Counted from the stretch's first letter, positions 9,488 to 19,789 are shown. The stretch is DNA of 64,000 nucleotides from an uncultured virus (IMG/VR IMGVR_UViG_3300025882_000423) (IMGVR_UViG_3300025882_000423), one strand, 5' to 3'. Notes: generated by a model not told the origin, from the letters alone. Made by a program: numbers and translations.

Positions 9488-10285
9488 ATGGACGTGCGCG
9501 ATTTATTTAAAACTTTAGTCAGTCTTTCAAATTTTAATGCAGCTAAGATAGCAGACTTAGCTGGCGTGAAACGGCCTAACTTGTACACTTGGCAAGGTGG
9601 AAAGACGCAAGCGCTATCAGATGGCAATATTGAAAGTCTCTTCAATATTTTGGGGATAATCAAAGGCAAACTATCGCCTGAAATTGTTTACCGATGGCAA
9701 GTTGATTTTGAAGTGGATAATTTAAAAAGTGTGCTTAAACACTTTGTGAGCCAAGATTTCTTAAATCAGGCAGTAATCTACTTTATTGAAATTGATGGTT
9801 ATAACGAGACTGAGTCTAAAAAACATAACCTGATTCAAATTCCACAACCAACAGGCAATTTGACCATATTAATTTCAGCTGAAAACAGGCAAGCCGTTGG
9901 ATTCCCAGTAAAAAGCGCAAAATTGGGATTTGGAAAAGATAGTGAGAAGGTAAATATATCGAGTGAGCAGTGGCTAAATTGGTGGGATGCCACATTGTTG
10001 TCATCCACACAATTTTGGACGGAGTTTTCTCTTTATCTTAAAACTTTCAATAGCGAATCCAACACATACAATGATCAGCAGGATATTGATCAACTAAATG
10101 CTTATCAAAGTATCATTACAGAAAAGACTGCCGAAAATGCTGGGCTTAAAGCAATTGTCAGATCCTTGTTGCGAGAGCTAAGAATAGTTAACCCAAAAAA
10201 TACGCTGTTAAATCATGAAAACCGGGATTTGATATATAGGGAGTTTTACGAGCATGAACTATCTAAAATGCGCAAAGACGACTAA
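9488..10285 (+). CDS. HTH (XRE-like) DNA-binding protein, divergent from the phosphoesterase operon
   Basis: N-terminal AAKIADLAGVKRPNLYTWQGG. Confidence 0.7.
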   Translation: MDVRDLFKTLVSLSNFNAAKIADLAGVKRPNLYTWQGGKTQALSDGNIESLFNILGIIKGKLSPEIVYRWQVDFEVDNLKSVLKHFVSQDFLNQAVIYFIEIDGYNETESKKHNLIQIPQPTGNLTILISAENRQAVGFPVKSAKLGFGKDSEKVNISSEQWLNWWDATLLSSTQFWTEFSLYLKTFNSESNTYNDQQDIDQLNAYQSIITEKTAENAGLKAIVRSLLRELRIVNPKNTLLNHENRDLIYREFYEHELSKMRKDD

Positions 10286-10323
10286 AAATATAACTTATTG
10301 ATTTTAATAAATAATATTTTAAA

Positions 10324-10630
10324 TTGGTGATGAGATGACTAACTTTTTTGATTGATTAAAGTCATCTATTTCTAAGCTTACTGTTCTTTTATTTTGTCTT
10401 TGTTAGATATTTCTGTGGGATTTTGATTGCTTTTCACAGGTGTTAGTCCCATTAAAGTAAGCTTTCCTGAATCAAAAATCTCCTAATAATCTTCTGGTGC
10501 ATGTGTTGTAGTTGTCATTGGCCGAATTTTGTAATTTGTCTCGTTTTCTGGTTGGTCGATTGTTTACCTACTTCAAATTTAATTTATTTTGCCTATATAT
10601 TTGGTGACGAGATGACTAACTTTTTTGATT
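10324..10630. repeat. 30-bp direct repeat pair
   Basis: TTGGTGAYGAGATGACTAACTTTTTTGATT at 10324-10353 and 10601-10630 (29/30). Confidence 0.85.
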
Positions 10631-11368
10631 TCATCAAGCATGTCTATTCTTAACAAGATGCTAGTAATGGTAGTAAATTCATAGGGGTGGTATTTATCGT
10701 GGCAATAAGATTACTTTTATTTTGTATTATACAAAACCCAATTTAGTTATATTTCTAGTTTACTTATCCCGTTAAAACGGGCCTACGCCATATCTGGCGC
10801 CAAAGTCAAAACCAAAAGCAGTCACTAAAAATCTAAGCATAATAATTAAATTCTTAGCTAAACATCAACCAGTATATCGAGACATAATTTGTCAGTAAAT
10901 TGAATTGGGGTAAACAGAAGTAATCAATTACCATCATTCTCTATTTAGTTAACTTAATAAGCGCGTAGCGCATCGCATTTGAGCAGATTAGGCAAAAGTA
11001 AAAAATATTCACTTCGGCAATAATTGAAGTGCTGCGAAGGCATATTAGACAAATTATCCCCTCCCTTAACCTAGCTGGAATCATAAGTCATTTCGAGACG
11101 CAATCTAAGAATGACAAGTCAATTTAACTTAAAAATGTACTTAATATCCGAAACCACCAACACTTAATTTATAAATACTCTTCTGCCACATCTTCAAATA
11201 AAAAATATTATTAAGCGTTACATTGCATTTACATCTACAAAAAAATTTCCTAGACATAAATTTATCAAATGCTAAATTAATAAATGGGTTCACTACTTAC
11301 TTCAAAATAAATATCTTGAAGCACAGTTCTGAGAATATCTATTTTATATAAAGAAAAGGTAGTTAAGA

Positions 11369-11866
11369 ATGTATTTTAAAGTTTACGATACGATTGCAAA
11401 CACTATGTCTCCAAGAGACAGTCTAGTGCTGAGTTATATTATTAATAATAGTCAAAAACACGGTTATTGTTACTCCTCAGTTGACACAATGGCAAAAGCA
11501 ATCAACATTAATGACTCGACGCTAAGAAATTCCATTAAATGGCTGGAAAAAGAGGATTATGTTAATAGAAAAAAACAATTTAAGCGAGGTCTGCAGCAAA
11601 CAAATAAGTTAACGCCAACTCCTAAAACATATTCGTTGATAGCGGTTTCTCAACTGTCAATCAAATATACTAAAGTTAAATCAGCACCAAAAAAATTGAC
11701 TTTTTCAAAAACAAGAACTCCGAATCAAGAAATTGCGGATAAGATTAGATCCCTTAAAATTGCAAAGAGTTGTTTGATAAAAGCCGGGTTTAATAATCCC
11801 AGCGTAATATCAATTATTAATGATCATTACAGTTATCTAAACTCAATTGGCCAGAGTAGGAATTAA
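11369..11866 (+). CDS. winged-helix protein resembling phage replication-protein N-termini
   Basis: GYCYSSVDTMAKAININDSTLRNSIKWLEKEDYVNR. Confidence 0.65.
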   Translation: MYFKVYDTIANTMSPRDSLVLSYIINNSQKHGYCYSSVDTMAKAININDSTLRNSIKWLEKEDYVNRKKQFKRGLQQTNKLTPTPKTYSLIAVSQLSIKYTKVKSAPKKLTFSKTRTPNQEIADKIRSLKIAKSCLIKAGFNNPSVISIINDHYSYLNSIGQSRN

Positions 11867-11869
11867 AAT

Positions 11870-12214
11870 ATGGCTAACATGAACAATAAATATCGCCGCA
11901 TGAAATTACTTAGAAAAATGAATTTGGAGTTTGTGTTAGCCTCATTTGATATTTATAGAAATTTTCGTGGTTCCTTTCAAACAGATAATTGGGAAGCCAA
12001 AATGTCAAATGATTGCGCCTCTATTAAAATCACCAATGGCAAAACAATTACATCTGCAATTGATCTCGTTCAGTTTGTTTGCAATCTTGATTCTGTTGAG
12101 GGATTTGAAGTTGCCTATAATTATTTAAACAAACTTGATGAAAAAAGTATAAAAGTTAAAATTCATGAAAATAATATAAAAAATAGATCTGAAATTCCAG
12201 CATTATTTGACTGA
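11870..12214 (+). CDS. hypothetical protein, weak resemblance to primase N-terminal domain
   Basis: SAIDLVQFV...FEVAYNYL pattern; function uncertain. Confidence 0.45.
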   Translation: MANMNNKYRRMKLLRKMNLEFVLASFDIYRNFRGSFQTDNWEAKMSNDCASIKITNGKTITSAIDLVQFVCNLDSVEGFEVAYNYLNKLDEKSIKVKIHENNIKNRSEIPALFD

Positions 12215-12589
12215 ATAGATTTAAAAATGGCTTAGGGTGGTAAATTCACAGGGGTGAGTAATATTGCTTAAAGGCACCACCTTTTCTAAGTCAAACTAGC
12301 CACTTTCTATTACGTAATGTGAGCCACATTCAATTTAAAATAGTAGTCAAAATAAAGAAAATTAAATTACCGATTGGCAAAAAAATCCCCAAAGCTGACA
12401 GTAAATTAACTCCCTTAATCTGATTCTAAATTTACTAATTTGTTAAGTAATTTCTTGGAGAATATAAAATTAATTTGATATGCTGAACCAAATTTCTTAT
12501 TTAGTAATGACCTACATATCATTCTGAAGCTATTATGTTCTATGAGAATTGCTGTTTGCTTGATTCAGTCTCATCCGAAGGTTCAGTTG

Positions 12590-13141
12590 TTATGCTTTCT
12601 TATACTTCTCAATAATTAAGCGAAACAGCTCTGCTTGTGCAATCGCATCAGCAAGTGCATCATGATTTGCAGAAGATTTTGGCTGAAGGTCCTTAATCAT
12701 CACACTTGATTTTGACTGACTCCACTGATTATTTGTGACAGCAAAATACATCGCTTTGATATCCAACGAGGCAAATCCAAATGGATTTTCAACTTGAGCA
12801 TCATAAAAATAGTAGTTAATGAAAGACCAATCAAAGCATGCATTCAATCCAACAAAAATAGGCTTTGAGTTCGCCCCAGAAACCTTGATAACCCAGTCAC
12901 GAAACTGCTGCATCGCTAGTGCAGGATCCAAACCTACTTTTGATAGCACTTCTAAGTCAAAACCTGTCACTTTCAAAGCTTCTTCATCAACAAATTTACC
13001 AGTCGGTTTTAACAGGCATTCGAAAGATTGTTCCGGTGCATATACATTACAGGCACCGATAGAGAGCATGCTATACAAGCCTGGCACTGGACCAGATGCC
13101 TCAATATCAACAGAAATAAATAATTCAGGATTACTTGCCAT
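12590..13141 (-). CDS. DEDDh 3'-5' exonuclease associated with CBASS (Cap18-like)
   Basis: SVDIEASG, NACFDW, HDALADA; 3 nt after the JAB gene. Confidence 0.85.
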   Translation of the reverse strand: MASNPELFISVDIEASGPVPGLYSMLSIGACNVYAPEQSFECLLKPTGKFVDEEALKVTGFDLEVLSKVGLDPALAMQQFRDWVIKVSGANSKPIFVGLNACFDWSFINYYFYDAQVENPFGFASLDIKAMYFAVTNNQWSQSKSSVMIKDLQPKSSANHDALADAIAQAELFRLIIEKYKKA

Positions 13142-13144
13142 TCC

Positions 13145-13735
13145 TTACTCCTTTCTAATAGCCTGAAATTCCGCCTGAAATCGAGTATTGCCTCGAACTA
13201 GCCAAGCTCTGATACCTTCCGAACCTAGATTGCGTCCAACAATAATGGCAATAGGCGAAGGCAGTTCATGTTGATTGTCTTTGATTAACTGATGAAAACT
13301 TTGCATATCCTGCGAGGACAAATTTGGAATATCCTCAGGATGAGAATGCCAATAGCCTATTAATCTAAGATTATTCTCATTGGCTTCCTTAGTCTCTATG
13401 CGGCAACGCTCGTGATCGAAATCCAAAGAGTATCTTGTAGATTTATCTTTAGAATTGGGGGGGGTTGCTAGACACAGCACCACTCCGTCCTGGTGATTGT
13501 TGTGTACAAACAATAAACCACCACACTCATGCTGTTTACCAAACTGCCTGTTTGTGTCAAACAAGTTATAAACCGATTTTGAAACCAAGAGCTTGACTCC
13601 GATCTCTCTGAAATACCACTGCCAAGCATATGGTGAGTCACTATCCTCCAGCGGACTCTGGTACTGGCCATGGGAAGATGAACTCGCAACTTCCCATTTC
13701 TGCGGGAAGAGGCGGTCCTTTATACGTGCCACCAT
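13145..13735 (-). CDS. cap3: CBASS Cap3 JAB/MPN isopeptidase
   Basis: ECGGLL and WHSHP...SSQD JAMM motif; start uncertain (13735 or 13789), overlapping cap2. Confidence 0.85.
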   Translation of the reverse strand: MVARIKDRLFPQKWEVASSSSHGQYQSPLEDSDSPYAWQWYFREIGVKLLVSKSVYNLFDTNRQFGKQHECGGLLFVHNNHQDGVVLCLATPPNSKDKSTRYSLDFDHERCRIETKEANENNLRLIGYWHSHPEDIPNLSSQDMQSFHQLIKDNQHELPSPIAIIVGRNLGSEGIRAWLVRGNTRFQAEFQAIRKE

Positions 13736-15386
13736 ATTCTTCAATTTTTTTTGTGCTTCCAACAAGTGCATGCCATTCTGGTTTTTCAATTGGTTTAATA
13801 AGTTGGTTCAATGCATATTGAACAGTTTTTCCTGCAATCCTTGCTAATGCAACTGGCCCTCCAGGAATATAACCACCTCCACATGCAGGCAGTGCTTTAA
13901 CTCCACCATCGGGCCACTCTGACATGGTTTTAGCAAATACTCCTTTTTCAAAAAGGTATCGACCATCATGCTTCCCCCCTTCGGGCGCACTCAGAATATG
14001 GCCAACAATTCCATGAGGCTCACTCCAAGCTTGGATCATGGACCAATCTGTCCCTTTCGATTTCAAATTCCATAAATAATCTTCTGAGTTCCAGTTTGCA
14101 GTGGTTACTATAACCAAATCTGCTTCTGATAAAACTTTGGCGTGACTCCTATTATCTGATTGAATTTTTTGAGTACTATAATCAACTTCAACAGTGGGTA
14201 CATCTCGGTTAACTCTATCTGCCAGAGCTTTAGCTTTATATTCTCCTAGCTCTGAAACGCCAAGAGTATGTCGTCCTATGTTTACATCTTCAAATCTATC
14301 GTGATCGATCAGAAAGAGTTTGCCTACTCCAGATCTTGCGAGTAGTACAGCAACTTCACCGCCAAGGCTGCCTGCACCTACTAAGACCACCATTTTATTT
14401 GCCAAGCCCAGCGCAGCTGGACCTGCTCGTTGATGAATGACCTCTGCATCTAGTACATCAATAGTTGAGAACCTAACATTCAGGTTCACTTTGTTCGAGA
14501 AGAATTTTCGTCTGGTTGTTCTCCTGCCATAAAGTGTGGCATGTTTTTTCTTTAAATCAATGTTCTTTTCTGTAAATACAAAACCTTGTAACGCAATCTC
14601 ATCAGTCGGCAACGAAAGAATTAACCACTTAATCGGCAGGCCAGAGTTATCCTCAAACCATCTGGTAAGCATAAAAAATAGATCTGGCTTCACATGATCT
14701 TTGATCCAGCCAAGCAAGTCATCCTTTTTGATAACATTTGAAGGTGTTGTATCTAGTTTAAGAAAAAAAGCTGGCTTCGCTGTTGCTCGTTGCTTCAATG
14801 TACTACGCTTGTATCTTTTTTCAAATCGAGAGATAGCCTCATAGGTTTCCCCGCCAATGTACTGCCCGCTAATCAAGGGATTATTGGCATTTGCACTAAC
14901 CACGAATAATGGACAGCTTTGAATTGGCAACTTGACCAAAGTAAATCTGCTTGGTGATTCATCCAGCTGATGCGCCCAATATGATCTGATTTCGCTTGAG
15001 AACTCCGTTTCTCTAGCAACTGTATCAGAACCCTCCAATGAAAACTGTATCAATTTAACTAGCTGATTCATTGCGACAGAAACTGCTTCCTCTGGCGAGG
15101 TAGTTATGGGCTCTTGGTTTGCAGCAAATAAGCAAACTCCATAGCTCATTACGTGAGGCCAGACTTGAAATGCCGATGGAGTAATTGCAAACACCGGCAA
15201 TTCATATGGAAACTCTTTTGGAAAACTAATCCGTAATGTTCGCCTAACCCCTGTGTAGTCTGGTGGAAGCAGATAACTAAAAGCTGCAGTTTCTTCCAAT
15301 TTTGTTTTTACTAGCTTCAGTTGGTATGCTGAATCGCCTAAAAAACGTTTTAGCTCGGCGATCCCTCGTTCCAACTCCTCACTCAT
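13641..15386 (-). CDS. cap2: CBASS Cap2 E2-E1 (ThiF) fusion
   Basis: E2-like WPHV..GVCL; ThiF GAGSLGG, DHD...NIGRH; Cys in PACGG. Confidence 0.9.
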   Translation of the reverse strand: MSEELERGIAELKRFLGDSAYQLKLVKTKLEETAAFSYLLPPDYTGVRRTLRISFPKEFPYELPVFAITPSAFQVWPHVMSYGVCLFAANQEPITTSPEEAVSVAMNQLVKLIQFSLEGSDTVARETEFSSEIRSYWAHQLDESPSRFTLVKLPIQSCPLFVVSANANNPLISGQYIGGETYEAISRFEKRYKRSTLKQRATAKPAFFLKLDTTPSNVIKKDDLLGWIKDHVKPDLFFMLTRWFEDNSGLPIKWLILSLPTDEIALQGFVFTEKNIDLKKKHATLYGRRTTRRKFFSNKVNLNVRFSTIDVLDAEVIHQRAGPAALGLANKMVVLVGAGSLGGEVAVLLARSGVGKLFLIDHDRFEDVNIGRHTLGVSELGEYKAKALADRVNRDVPTVEVDYSTQKIQSDNRSHAKVLSEADLVIVTTANWNSEDYLWNLKSKGTDWSMIQAWSEPHGIVGHILSAPEGGKHDGRYLFEKGVFAKTMSEWPDGGVKALPACGGGYIPGGPVALARIAGKTVQYALNQLIKPIEKPEWHALVGSTKKIEEYGGTYKGPPLPAEMGSCEFIFPWPVPESAGG

Positions 15387-15395
15387 GTAACTGAC

Positions 15396-16649
15396 TTATC
15401 CTAAACGACCAGAATGCTGAATTGACTGAGGTTTGTTAGAAGCAACTGCCTGCCCACTCATTGTTGCAAGTGCTACTGTTGCACCAGTTTTACCTAATTC
15501 ACGGCCTGGCAAATTCCAGTCTTGAGGGAGGTAACGTAGCGTCTTATCAACTGTGGATGGGCCAATACTGAATGATTCATTCAACGCCTCCTGGAATAAA
15601 GCATTTGAAGAAAACTCCTGCAAGCCAATAGAAAAAGCTGTGACTGCACCTGAGTACCAGTCAAAAAAAGCAGCTTGGTAATTTTCCCCATCCTCTCTGT
15701 TCCATTTTTCGGCAAAATTTTCATTTTTATTGACTGGATTAAGCACTTCCCAGTGACCAGGTGTACCTTTGATAAACTCAGGCATGGTTTCAATTACGGC
15801 CTGCATTACTTCGAATGGGTTATGAATCACAATATTCGTTTGATTGTTCGCAAGCTTTTCGTAGGCAAACCCTGCCAGGGTCGTTAATATGGCAGAAATT
15901 GGACGATAATCTTTTTTTGATGGATTCTTTTGCGCCCAAATGTCACGAGTGCGTTTAATCAGTTTTATCAACGCTCTTAAAACATTTGGGTCAACGTATT
16001 CGCCATACTCAGGCATGTTTTCCACTGACGCTTTACTGACTATTTCAGTGCTTTCACGGAAGCTATCCATTGCCATCACCGGTAATGTTTTTTCTGAAAT
16101 ATTGTTAAGCCAATCACTATATTCAATTGGGCTGCTTGCTTTCCAACCTTGCTTGCGATCCGGAACTTCTAAAGCACCTTTACCGCAATCTTCCACGTTA
16201 CCTTTCAAGTTTCTCGCAGGCGTAACATCGATGTGAAAACCAGGGTTTTCATCTGCATATTTTATGCGGATACCACGGCGCAACTCTTCAATATCTGCAG
16301 TAACCCTCTTACCATCTTGGAATCTCTTCTGGATGGCTGTGAGCACATCTTCTGCAGAAGTAGTTGAAGCATTTTCAAGCCAAACAACCGCATCTGCATC
16401 AACTGTGCCCAAATCATCTTTTGCATCTTGAAGTGGTTTAATCGCAGTTTTAAGCCTGATTGAACCTTGTGGAAAGATGTGAGCACTTTTCAGAACCGGG
16501 TCATCCGCTCCATTTAAAATAGCGCCCAAGGTGGCGTAACGGGCATTAATGGTTTCATAAAGTGACGGTGGAATGGAAATATCGTAAGCAGCCTGTAACA
16601 GAACCGCCTCCCAACTTTTCTTACGTGAATCTTCAAACGCAGTACTCAT
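15396..16649 (-). CDS. CD-NTase (cGAS/DncV-like cyclase)
   Basis: PQGSIRLKT, DAD, HIDVTPA, ENFAEKW; ends ...SGRLG with a terminal Gly. Confidence 0.92.
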   Translation of the reverse strand: MSTAFEDSRKKSWEAVLLQAAYDISIPPSLYETINARYATLGAILNGADDPVLKSAHIFPQGSIRLKTAIKPLQDAKDDLGTVDADAVVWLENASTTSAEDVLTAIQKRFQDGKRVTADIEELRRGIRIKYADENPGFHIDVTPARNLKGNVEDCGKGALEVPDRKQGWKASSPIEYSDWLNNISEKTLPVMAMDSFRESTEIVSKASVENMPEYGEYVDPNVLRALIKLIKRTRDIWAQKNPSKKDYRPISAILTTLAGFAYEKLANNQTNIVIHNPFEVMQAVIETMPEFIKGTPGHWEVLNPVNKNENFAEKWNREDGENYQAAFFDWYSGAVTAFSIGLQEFSSNALFQEALNESFSIGPSTVDKTLRYLPQDWNLPGRELGKTGATVALATMSGQAVASNKPQSIQHSGRLG

Positions 16650-17791
16650 CGTTTCTCCTTAAGTTCGTTAAGCTTTATATGCAATCTGAAAGCGTTACTT
16701 GGGGGATCGCGATCATAAATGGCATATGGATGTTTATGGTTGGTGGTTAATAATGAACCAAATTTGATCGCCATTGCGGCGGGAATAGCTGCAAATACAT
16801 GAATTGGTTTAGGGCTTGATGCTTCCAGTTGGCTCAGTGCTTTTTGAATCTCAATTCCAAAGTGTGAGATTGCTTCTTCATTCTGAACAATGTTGTAATT
16901 AGGCATAGTTGCAGAAAATTTCGCAATTGAGCAATTTGGCAAAATACTTAACACATCTCGGTCAGGAATATCACCAGAAATGGACATAACGAGTGCATAT
17001 TCGGCATCGCCATTTTCAGTAAATGAAAATTTGAATTCAGGTACAGGTGCATTCACATCTGGCCAACGCAGCCTAGTATTTCTGTTGGATGAATAGATTT
17101 TGTGGCGAATCCTGTCGCCAAGCTGCTGCCCGAAAATCATTAAACTGGGAATATCAGCAATACCGACAACACCAATGATTGGATTATCTCCAAGTCTGCC
17201 TCTATAGAGGGTTAAATCATGCTCAAGTTTTTGATTGATGTTTGATTTGAACTGCTCGTAATATCTGTCATCACGGCCATAACGATCAACTACAGGCCCT
17301 TCAATGGTCAGAGGTCTGCATATGGGTTGAATCGCATCTCGCCATAAGGCCTGCTGTAATTCGCCAGGATCGATTCTGACCGGCGTTTCAAAATGCTTAC
17401 CGATAATAATGATTCCAGCAGAAGGATGAGTAATTGCATGGTTTGCTGCAAACTCCACTTTAGAGAGAAATGCTTGGTGAACTGCTGTTAAATCATCTTT
17501 GGGATAACCATCCGGTGTTTTATCGATTATGTTGTGACATGTCGGACAAAGCAACATCAGGTTGTTCGGATCGTCAGTCAAGGCTTCTGAGATTTCAGGT
17601 GTCTGATTTGTATCGGACCTTGGCCCTTTGGGGCTAGCTGGAATTATATGAGCAACTTCACCCAGTTTTGCCGGGGTGAGTGTAATTAAATCTTGTGTTA
17701 AATCAAGACTACATAATTCGCAGTGACCAGCTGCGCGGCTCCATACATAATTTTTAACCTTAGGGTCGGTGTCAAACCGGTTTTCGGCCAC
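16646..17791 (-). CDS. cap5: HNH endonuclease-SAVED effector (Cap5-type)
   Basis: CELC, AHIIPAS..GPR, NLMLLCPTCH; SAVED end IHVFAAIPAAMAIKFG. Confidence 0.88.
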   Translation of the reverse strand: MAENRFDTDPKVKNYVWSRAAGHCELCSLDLTQDLITLTPAKLGEVAHIIPASPKGPRSDTNQTPEISEALTDDPNNLMLLCPTCHNIIDKTPDGYPKDDLTAVHQAFLSKVEFAANHAITHPSAGIIIIGKHFETPVRIDPGELQQALWRDAIQPICRPLTIEGPVVDRYGRDDRYYEQFKSNINQKLEHDLTLYRGRLGDNPIIGVVGIADIPSLMIFGQQLGDRIRHKIYSSNRNTRLRWPDVNAPVPEFKFSFTENGDAEYALVMSISGDIPDRDVLSILPNCSIAKFSATMPNYNIVQNEEAISHFGIEIQKALSQLEASSPKPIHVFAAIPAAMAIKFGSLLTTNHKHPYAIYDRDPPSNAFRLHIKLNELKEKR

Positions 17792-17845
17792 AGCTAATCC
17801 TTTACGGTGATTTTGTTTACTTCATTTTTTTCCTCATATAACTTA

Positions 17846-17873
17846 AGATGGGGGTAAATTTCACGAATTCAAG
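17846..17873 (-). promoter_or_regulatory. sigma32-like promoter upstream of CBASS
   Basis: CTTGAA-N14-CCCCATCT on the minus strand, about 55 nt before the effector start. Confidence 0.6.
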
Positions 17874-18100
17874 AGATGGCGATTTATAATTCAAGAATTC
17901 CTACAAATTTTGTAGAAATAACTGCAACAAATTTAATTATGATTCATCTGTAAATGGCGTAATTACTAACTATACGAAATTACTGAATTTTTAGTGCAAT
18001 TTATACCTAGAGGGGGTCAAATATGTGTGCAATTCAACATTCTAATGCCACATGAATTGTTTTTCTTTGTTTAATTTAATGATTAACTTCACCTGGCATC

Positions 18101-19552
18101 TTAAATCTTCCCGTCCTTTTTTGCCTTTAAAAATAGCTCATAATCTGCAACAGTAATTTGAACTGTCTCAATACTCACTTTTTTGATACCAACTTCTTCC
18201 AATATTGAGTCCTCTAAAGATTGAAAGATTTTGCGAAGACTTAAGATGCGTGGATTATTAATATAATTCTTAGCCGCTACAGTGGCTGGCGCATGGTTGA
18301 GCGCATTTTCAATAGTTATATTTGATACGCCCTCCTCGTTTAACAGTGTAGCAAATGTCCGTCTTAGATCATGTGGCGAAAATTTTAATCCTGTTTGCGA
18401 AATGAGTTGCTGTATAGTTTTATTAGGTGAGACTATATGCTTCATTTGCTTTGTCAATGGACTTCTCCTACTTGATTGAAATACCCAAATTGACTGACCA
18501 ACTTTTGTGCCATCTCTTTTAGTGTAATTTCTCTCATTATTTTCAATTTCACGTCTTGCAAGAATCTCCCTAACGTATCTTGTAAGCGGGATAATATGCT
18601 CCCTGCGCCCCTTTGTTGTATAATCTGGCAGGGTAATTATGTTGTTATTTAAATCGACATTTTCCCATTTTAATTTCAATAATTCTGATTTTCTCGTACC
18701 AAAAAAGACGCTGAGCTGAAGCCAATCAGCAATTGCTAGGGAGTCTCTGCTTTCTCTACTTCTTAAATTCTCAACTGCTTCCCACCATAACTTTAAGGAC
18801 CCTTCTGTTTCTCCCAATCTACGATTCCTAGAATTACTATTGTGCCATTTAGGTAATAATTTATTGAGTTTTTTAAATGGACTATCAATAGTCAATTCTT
18901 TTTTAAGTACTGTGTAATTAAATGCTGCCCTAAAATATCGCATCGTGACACTTGCTTGGGTCATGCCGCCATTTGAAGCACTCTTGGAAGTTATAGATCT
19001 AGTTTGTCTTATTATTTCATCATGAAGGTCATCGCCTGTAATATCTAAAATTGAACGATTCCAAAGATTACTTTCTTTTAACTTTAAGGCTGCGCGCTCA
19101 TAATCTTGCAATGTTCTTTCCCTTGTTTTATTTTTGCCTGCCAGAGATTTTTTATATTCAACATATAGTTCCCACGCAACTTTCGAAGTAACTTTACTTT
19201 TAGAAATTTCTTTTTGTGTTTGAACCTGTTTTTTCTTCTTTTCTAAACTTGGATCTAGTCCTTGGCGTATAAACGCTGCAGCCTCTTCAGCAAGTTGACG
19301 AGCGCCTTTAAATGTTTCACCCGTTGCAGGATCAAATTTAGATTCTAGCGGATGACTTAATGCAGGACCCAGTGCCAACCTAACAGGCTTGAGACCAAGT
19401 TTCATTTGAAAAATCCAAGTTTTTGTTCCCGATGGATAGATTCTTAATCCTAGTCCAGGAGTCTTAGTGTCGCGTATTGTATAATCTGTATTACGAATAG
19501 TCGCATTTTTTGCAACTGCTAGCGTCAAAAGTTTTTTCTCAGTCATATGCAA
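18101..19552 (-). CDS. int: P4-type tyrosine integrase with arm-binding domain
   Basis: RDTKTPGLGLRI..SGTKTW arm domain; GTRKSE, TKG, HDLRRT, LNH, catalytic Tyr. Confidence 0.92.
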   Translation of the reverse strand: MHMTEKKLLTLAVAKNATIRNTDYTIRDTKTPGLGLRIYPSGTKTWIFQMKLGLKPVRLALGPALSHPLESKFDPATGETFKGARQLAEEAAAFIRQGLDPSLEKKKKQVQTQKEISKSKVTSKVAWELYVEYKKSLAGKNKTRERTLQDYERAALKLKESNLWNRSILDITGDDLHDEIIRQTRSITSKSASNGGMTQASVTMRYFRAAFNYTVLKKELTIDSPFKKLNKLLPKWHNSNSRNRRLGETEGSLKLWWEAVENLRSRESRDSLAIADWLQLSVFFGTRKSELLKLKWENVDLNNNIITLPDYTTKGRREHIIPLTRYVREILARREIENNERNYTKRDGTKVGQSIWVFQSSRRSPLTKQMKHIVSPNKTIQQLISQTGLKFSPHDLRRTFATLLNEEGVSNITIENALNHAPATVAAKNYINNPRILSLRKIFQSLEDSILEEVGIKKVSIETVQITVADYELFLKAKKDGKI

Positions 19553-19595
19553 TATTGGTGAAGTAAAATTTCATAATATCACAACAACTCATATA

Positions 19596-19693
19596 AGGCT
19601 CCCTAGAGGCTCCCTAAAAATGAGGTTAATCGAGAATAATTGAGGTTTGTTAAGGCAAGCTAAATTTTACAGAGATGTTTTAATATATTGATT
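19596..19693. promoter_or_regulatory. att-arm elements: tandem AGGCTCCCTA repeats and IHF-consensus site
   Basis: AGGCTCCCTA at 19596 and 19607; TAATATATTGATT at 19681-19693 fits YAANNNNTTGATW. Confidence 0.6.
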
Positions 19694-19728
19694 TATAATG
19701 ATTTAATAAATATTTTCTTTATTTTATT

Positions 19729-19789
19729 TTGGTAGAGCAGCGGACTTTTAATCCGTTTGTCGTGGGTTCGATCCCCGCACACCCTACCA
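19729..19789 (+). tRNA. tRNA-Lys(TTT) 3' fragment lacking the 5' end; att-site remnant
   Basis: TTGGTAGAGC D-loop, CTTTTAA anticodon loop, GGTTCGATCC T-loop, ACCA end; the 5' acceptor strand is replaced by AT-rich DNA. Confidence 0.9.

Larger units (their letters stand above)
1436..19789. mobile_element. integrase-bearing genomic island (left boundary unknown, may lie before the window)
   Basis: Integrase next to the tRNA fragment; cargo includes defence, umuDC and replication-like genes. Confidence 0.65.

Noticed and set aside
19729..19789. Functional tRNA-Lys gene
   Set aside because: The 5' acceptor strand and the start of the D-stem are missing.
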